Shown: piece after piece, positions 59,061 to 64,000 of the stretch | Numbering within the stretch: the stretch's first letter is position 1 | Layout: each line of letters opens with the position of its first letter | The notes under the pieces: generated by a model | What the model was told of the DNA's origin: nothing | Database searches by the model: none | What the model saw: the letters and a program-made list of their open reading frames with translations, nothing else | Made by a program: the position numbers and the translations under genes | Assembly: GCF_964355755.1 (NCBI RefSeq) | Contig: NC_092680.1 | Coordinates: 2,914,001-2,978,000 of the forward strand | Reading direction: 5' to 3' | DNA from: Antedon mediterranea | Taxonomy: Eukaryota; Animalia; Echinodermata | Length of the DNA stretch: 64,000 bases

Positions 59061-59218
59061 AGCCGATTTTCCACTAGGCGAATTTGTTCGCGCGAATTGA
59101 AAGCATCAGCTTATACGCATGTGTAGAGAGGGATTTGTGAGATGAAAACATGAATACGCATGCGTAAAGCTGACGCTTTCGATTCCCGCGAACAAATTCG
59201 CCTAGTGGAAAATCGGCT
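59061..59218. mobile_element. Palindromic MITE with TAA TSD (PIF/Harbinger-like)
   Basis: taa|agccgattttccactaggcgaatttgttcgcg ... cgcgaacaaattcgcctagtggaaaatcggct|taa, 32-bp perfect TIR. Confidence 0.9.
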
Positions 59219-59567
59219 TAAGCTTAGTTAAAACCCATGCGAATCCCCCTCTGTTATAAGTTATAGTTTAGCTTCTGTGTATAGAAAAATAATGTTAACA
59301 TTATGAAGGCCTATACCGTGACTCATTCATTATCAACCTTATTCCTCGGCGTGGGATGACCCATGGATCTCCAGTTTGCTAGGCACCAGTTTTCCCTACA
59401 AATATTTCGTTGTCTGTAAAATTAGTCGAAGCAATAATATAAATATATCAAATTTAAAGCATTTCTATATTGTAATTTTAATTCTATAATTGTAAGTCTT
59501 GCGCATTATATTATTCCATGGGTTATATTTACACCTTGTTTATTTGTATCGTGGGGTTTACTTCTAA

Positions 59568-60069
59568 AGCGTAGTTCCCACTAGCGGCCTACCGTAAAGC
59601 CTGGTTTCCATAAAATCGCTACACCGTTTCCATTGAAATCGCTACACGCGCAAATGTCGCCGACGCGCATTGGGGAGGTCTCCCCGATTCATCGCAGACA
59701 AATCGGCAAAGTTCAACCATGTTCAACTTTGCCGATTTTGTCGGCGATGAGTCGTATACGCGTGTACCAAAGAATATTTAGCGCTCGCGTACTAGATCCT
59801 CGATAAATTCTAGCGTTTCCATAGAATCGCTACGCTCTGTCGGCGAGCGACAGCAGTCGGCGACACGGTGTAGCGATTTTATGGAAACCAGGCTAACCTA
59901 AGCAACGTAAGAAAATACCATTCCAATAATTGTGTTTGCCCCCGCCTGCGTGAAATCAAGCGATGTTTGCATCACTGTTGCGTCGTCGGTTCCCACTTGT
60001 GATTACGCAATACAGAACTTTGCGTCAATACGTCGTGCGTTACATTGCGTCGCTAGTGGGAACCAAGCT
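59568..60069. mobile_element. Nested MITEs: AGCTTGGTTCCCACTA-type host with a second MITE (~59598-59894) inside
   Basis: Outer ends agcgtagttcccactagcg / cgctagtgggaaccaagct. Inner TIR agcctggtttccataaaatcgctacaccgt / acggtgtagcgattttatggaaaccaggct at a TAA site. Confidence 0.8.
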
Positions 60070-60574
60070 TAAATAATGTGCCGTAGGCCTACTACAGTGT
60101 TAGATTTGGGTTAATATTCAATTCAAGCTGGACGTATTAGTTGATGGTATAAATAAAGGTCTACTTGCAACTTGTTTGAATGAACAATCAACATATTGTG
60201 CTGATTGTAATCAATTCGACTTGTTTGTCTGCTTTCTCTATGTAACGCTTAGTAAAGCTTAGTAACGCTTAAAAAAACAGATGTTCTGTTACGTTCTTGA
60301 TAACATTGCAATTAAGGAGATAATCATAATTATAATTAAATAATATAAAAATAACTATAGATAATATGACAATAATCTCCTTGCTTTGCAATTTACATAT
60401 GATAATAATACTTGATAGAAAGATATAGTAACACTAATTAATTAATTTTCAAAGCATATGTTACATGTCTCATATTAGATAGATAACAATAAGTATAAAT
60501 TGATGGTGGGCAATTGCAAATTTATAATATTTGTTGTTGCGTTAGGTTAACAAACACCACTTGTGACCAAAACA

Positions 60575-63500
60575 ATGCAGTACGTACTTTTTGCATGCTT
60601 GCTGATGGCCGTGGCGTCAAGTCCGGTAAGTACATACTAAAAAAACCGTTTTTAGAACATTTGATGCAAAGTCTGGTATCATCAAATGTAAGATCTCTAT
60701 GGTGGTAGGCACCTACATTCTTACTTACTAAAAATATAATTCAAAATGTTCCTAATGGTCTTAGCTTATTTCTCTGAACTATCAGTTTACTGATTAACAC
60801 TTATATTTAATATTATTCTTTACCCTGAAAATGTCTAAAGATAAATGCTTTTACCCTGTTTTTTCTCGTGATACAGGTACCACCAAAACCCCAAAGTGTT
60901 AAACAAGGTAAGTAAATTTATCATCTATTTTAGTTTTACTGTTTTTCATCTCAACAAGGCTTGTAACACCAAATGTTTGCTCGCAAAACCTTTTTAGTGG
61001 GTTCGTCGATTTTTTATTTCACCAGTTTTAAATCATTTCTGATTTATATCTTAACCACACGTATATAATATTGTGGCATACATGTACATACGTATACACA
61101 TTTTCTATACACGTACACTTTTTTGTGTTTACAATATTATGATATAAAACGAATAATTCTGATTATTGATCAACTAACAAACGTTTTAGTTAAAGGACTG
61201 TTTTCAACGATTATCGAAAACAACAAACAAGTCAATCAGGATGAGGTTACTCTCTTTGAGGGCGATATTGTGCAGACTATGGTAAGTCAGAATATTATTC
61301 TTTTAAAGGAAAATAATATAAAATAAAATAAAAAACGTTGAAACAAATCATAATGCGTTTAAGTATTATGCCTCAACAAATAAACAAACAATGAATAATA
61401 TTCAGAGAGCTTAATTTTATTAAAATTAGTTTTACTATAAAGTTAATGTCATCCACCGCCGAAATGATAAAAGTTTTCAATTTGGATCTCCGATAAACTA
61501 TTCCAAACACTTTAACATTAATTTGTATTTTATAATATGTATATTTGTTGCTATCTCTGCAGTGTATATAAGAGGAATTTCTGATGTATGTTTTATATAT
61601 TGGACCAAATAAAGAATATATATTATGTCGTCAGCATTAAAGTATGGCTTTTTGGTGATCACAGTGGAAAGCATCTCTCTTGTAATACACTACCGCTATT
61701 TTAACATTTCACAGAGTGTAGACAATGCTCTCAAAGATACTAGTAAAAGATGGCCCAGTGGTGTAGTTCCGTACGTTATAAATTACCAATTAAGTAAGTA
61801 GTACCTGCCATATTATATCAATCAAAATCAATCAATATCAATCAATAATTATATTAATCCCAAGAAGCAATTTGCATAATTATTATTTTATTGTTTCATT
61901 CAACTTGTTATTATGTGCGCCACAGTTTGAACAATGCCTTTTATATTGTTAAAGTTTGATCAGGGAAAAGTGACAATTTTACTCTTCTTTCGTCTGATTT
62001 AATTAACTGTATTTTCGTTTAAAGATATTGTCCCTGCTCTAAAACATGAACAATGAAGATGAATGAAATGTTTGAATATACAATTTTTTTCAGTTTTCAT
62101 TTCATTGTTTGTTCTATGATGTTTTTAAAGACAAATATCTTTTGTATATTTCTTTTGCGAAAATCTGCTTTCTCCAGCTATTATTCCATTATTTATTGAT
62201 CTACTTATCACATTACTTAGTATAAAGTAATATACATATACAATATACATAAAAGTAGGGCCGGAAAACATCTCAATTACTCAACTCCCTAACGCAAAAG
62301 CTACCCCACAGTACTAGTTAACTGCAATTATCACATTCATTTGTCATAGTAAAACGTATTCGTGGCTCACTTATTTGCCGTTTCATTCTTGCAAACTGTT
62401 TTCATTTCCGTTATTATTTGTTTATCTTCAAGATGCGTACGCTAAATCCCAAATTCAAAAGGCGATAGACAGATACAGCGCTGAGACCTGCATTAAATGG
62501 GTTGCCAGGACCTCTGAAAGCAATTATGTCAAGATTGTTTCAAAAGACGGGTAAGTGAATTAAAGAAGCAACATATTTGTTTGAAACTTAATAACTTAAA
62601 TAGTTTTATCAGGGAATTAGAGTGAGTCTCTGGTTTTACAGTGTCAATGGTCATTTTCATTACATAACATACGTATTATGATACACACATAGATTTTGGT
62701 AGGCTTACGATAGGTTTCCATATTGTAAGTATAGCAATAATTTCAAATCGTTTTTCTTCAGTTGTTATTCATCTGTTGGTGTAGTAGGTGGTGTACAAGA
62801 ATTATCGTTGGGTAACGGTTGCTACCAATCAGTTGGTATCATAATGCATGAGATGATGCACGCTATTGGCTTCTACCACGAACAAAGCAGAACTGATCGT
62901 GACAGTTACGTCTCAATCCAGTGGCAAAATATTCAAGATGGTGAGTTAAAAAATACCACGCAATGGGAAGAATGAGTCCATGTTAATGTCCATTGTAATA
63001 ATATACAATGGCATTCGGTGAATAATGAAACGAGGCGAAGCCGAGTTGAAATATAACCTTTCATCATTCACCGAATGCCTAAATTGTACAATTACACGAA
63101 ATATAAAGCATTCATTATTATATAACATCTACAGATTGAATAAAAGGTAGGCTTATATTTGATTCACATAGAAATTGTAAAGTTGTTTCCATTAATTATT
63201 CAAAATCATACAAACGATCTAAAGCTAATTTAAATGCTTTTTTGGCTTAAATTAATATGTATATCTCTCCAAAAATTTCGTCGCGAAAAGAGAGTTCAAT
63301 GTTTCAACGTTTGTTATTGGTTTTAAAAAATAGGCGGCGCTGTTGTATGTTACGTTCAGAATTACAGTTAATGGTCGTAAATATTTTTTTCGTACCTGAA
63401 AAAAAGTATTTATTGAACGACCGTTCAATAGTGCGTACTATTGCACGCCATGTGACCCACAATCGTTCAATCAAATGACAGGAATGTATTTAGGTGTTGT

Positions 63501-63791
63501 ATAAAAGGGAATATCACTACTTTCCGATAAATTTCATGTGAGACTGAGTCTAAAATATTTGTTATTAATGTATCGCAGGTATGGAATACAATTTCGACAG
63601 CTACCCATCATCTTATATTGACGACGTTGGCGTATCATATGATTACAATTCTATTATGCATTATGATGCGTACGCCTTCTCGAAGAATGGTTATGAAACA
63701 ATTATACCATATCAAAGTGGAGCTAACATCGGAAACCGAGCCGATTTCAGCAGTAAAGACATTGATAAGATTAACAAGTACTATGAGTGTG
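60575..63791 (+). CDS. Astacin (M12A) zinc metalloprotease copy C (3' end probably beyond the window)
   Basis: Exons 60575-60625, 60877-60907, 61196-61281, 61715-61793, 62433-62550, 62762-62940, 63579-63791, all canonical and in phase. [17 protein letters not shown] and SIMHY are present. It ends at a phase-1 donor. Confidence 0.9.
62990..63503. mobile_element. Unclassified interspersed element in intron 6 of astacin C
   Basis: Absent from copies A and B. It contains an aacgaggcgaagccgagtt hairpin and the inverted motifs ttatataacatcta (63118) / taggtgttgtataa (63503). Confidence 0.45.
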
Positions 63792-64000
63792 GTAGGTTTC
63801 TAATACAATATTACATACATTAAAATGGATCTTTATCTATTAGTAGATTTTAAACAGTAGATGTCTTTTACGGACATTGATTTCACTTATTGAATGTTAT
63901 TTTATTAATGTTATATATTCCTATGAATATCTTTCAACCACTACTTTCAGATTTAATTTTATCGAACTGTTTATGTGTGTACTCATTTTTTTTTATTATT

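Larger units (their letters stand above)
58020..60574 (+). repeat. Duplicated upstream region of astacin C, paralogous to ~39200-41008 upstream of copy A
   Basis: Collinear shared blocks (taggatatggcatga; tacgaatgtagttattacattacaat; atgcaaatcattccaggtaagcatacca; gatttgggttaatattcaattcaagctggacgta), interrupted by copy-specific transposons. Confidence 0.85.

Overview
AT-rich, intron-containing animal DNA. The gene content and repeats suggest a marine invertebrate, possibly an echinoderm, but that is inference. The supplied ORF track mostly shows exon fragments and noise, so genes were rebuilt by hand from GT-AG boundaries and reading phase. Contents in order: (1) an 11-exon annexin (+); (2) a 21-exon, ~904-aa single-pass receptor (+) with five TSP1 repeats, a long motif-rich juxtamembrane region and a tyrosine-kinase-fold domain lacking the catalytic residues (pseudokinase); (3) tail-to-tail with it, a MAM + F5/8C (discoidin) single-pass receptor (-) with a kinase-less tail holding 14 tyrosines; (4) three tandem astacin metalloprotease genes (+): copy A has three lesions, two of which cancel in frame, copy B adds a ShKT domain, and copy C runs off the window end; (5) many non-autonomous transposons and LINE fragments, including a 30-bp palindromic element with 7-bp target duplications. 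The best novel-system candidate is the pseudokinase receptor plus its Tyr-rich neighbour. A functional link between them is only a hypothesis. All comparisons were made by eye and no database searches were run.
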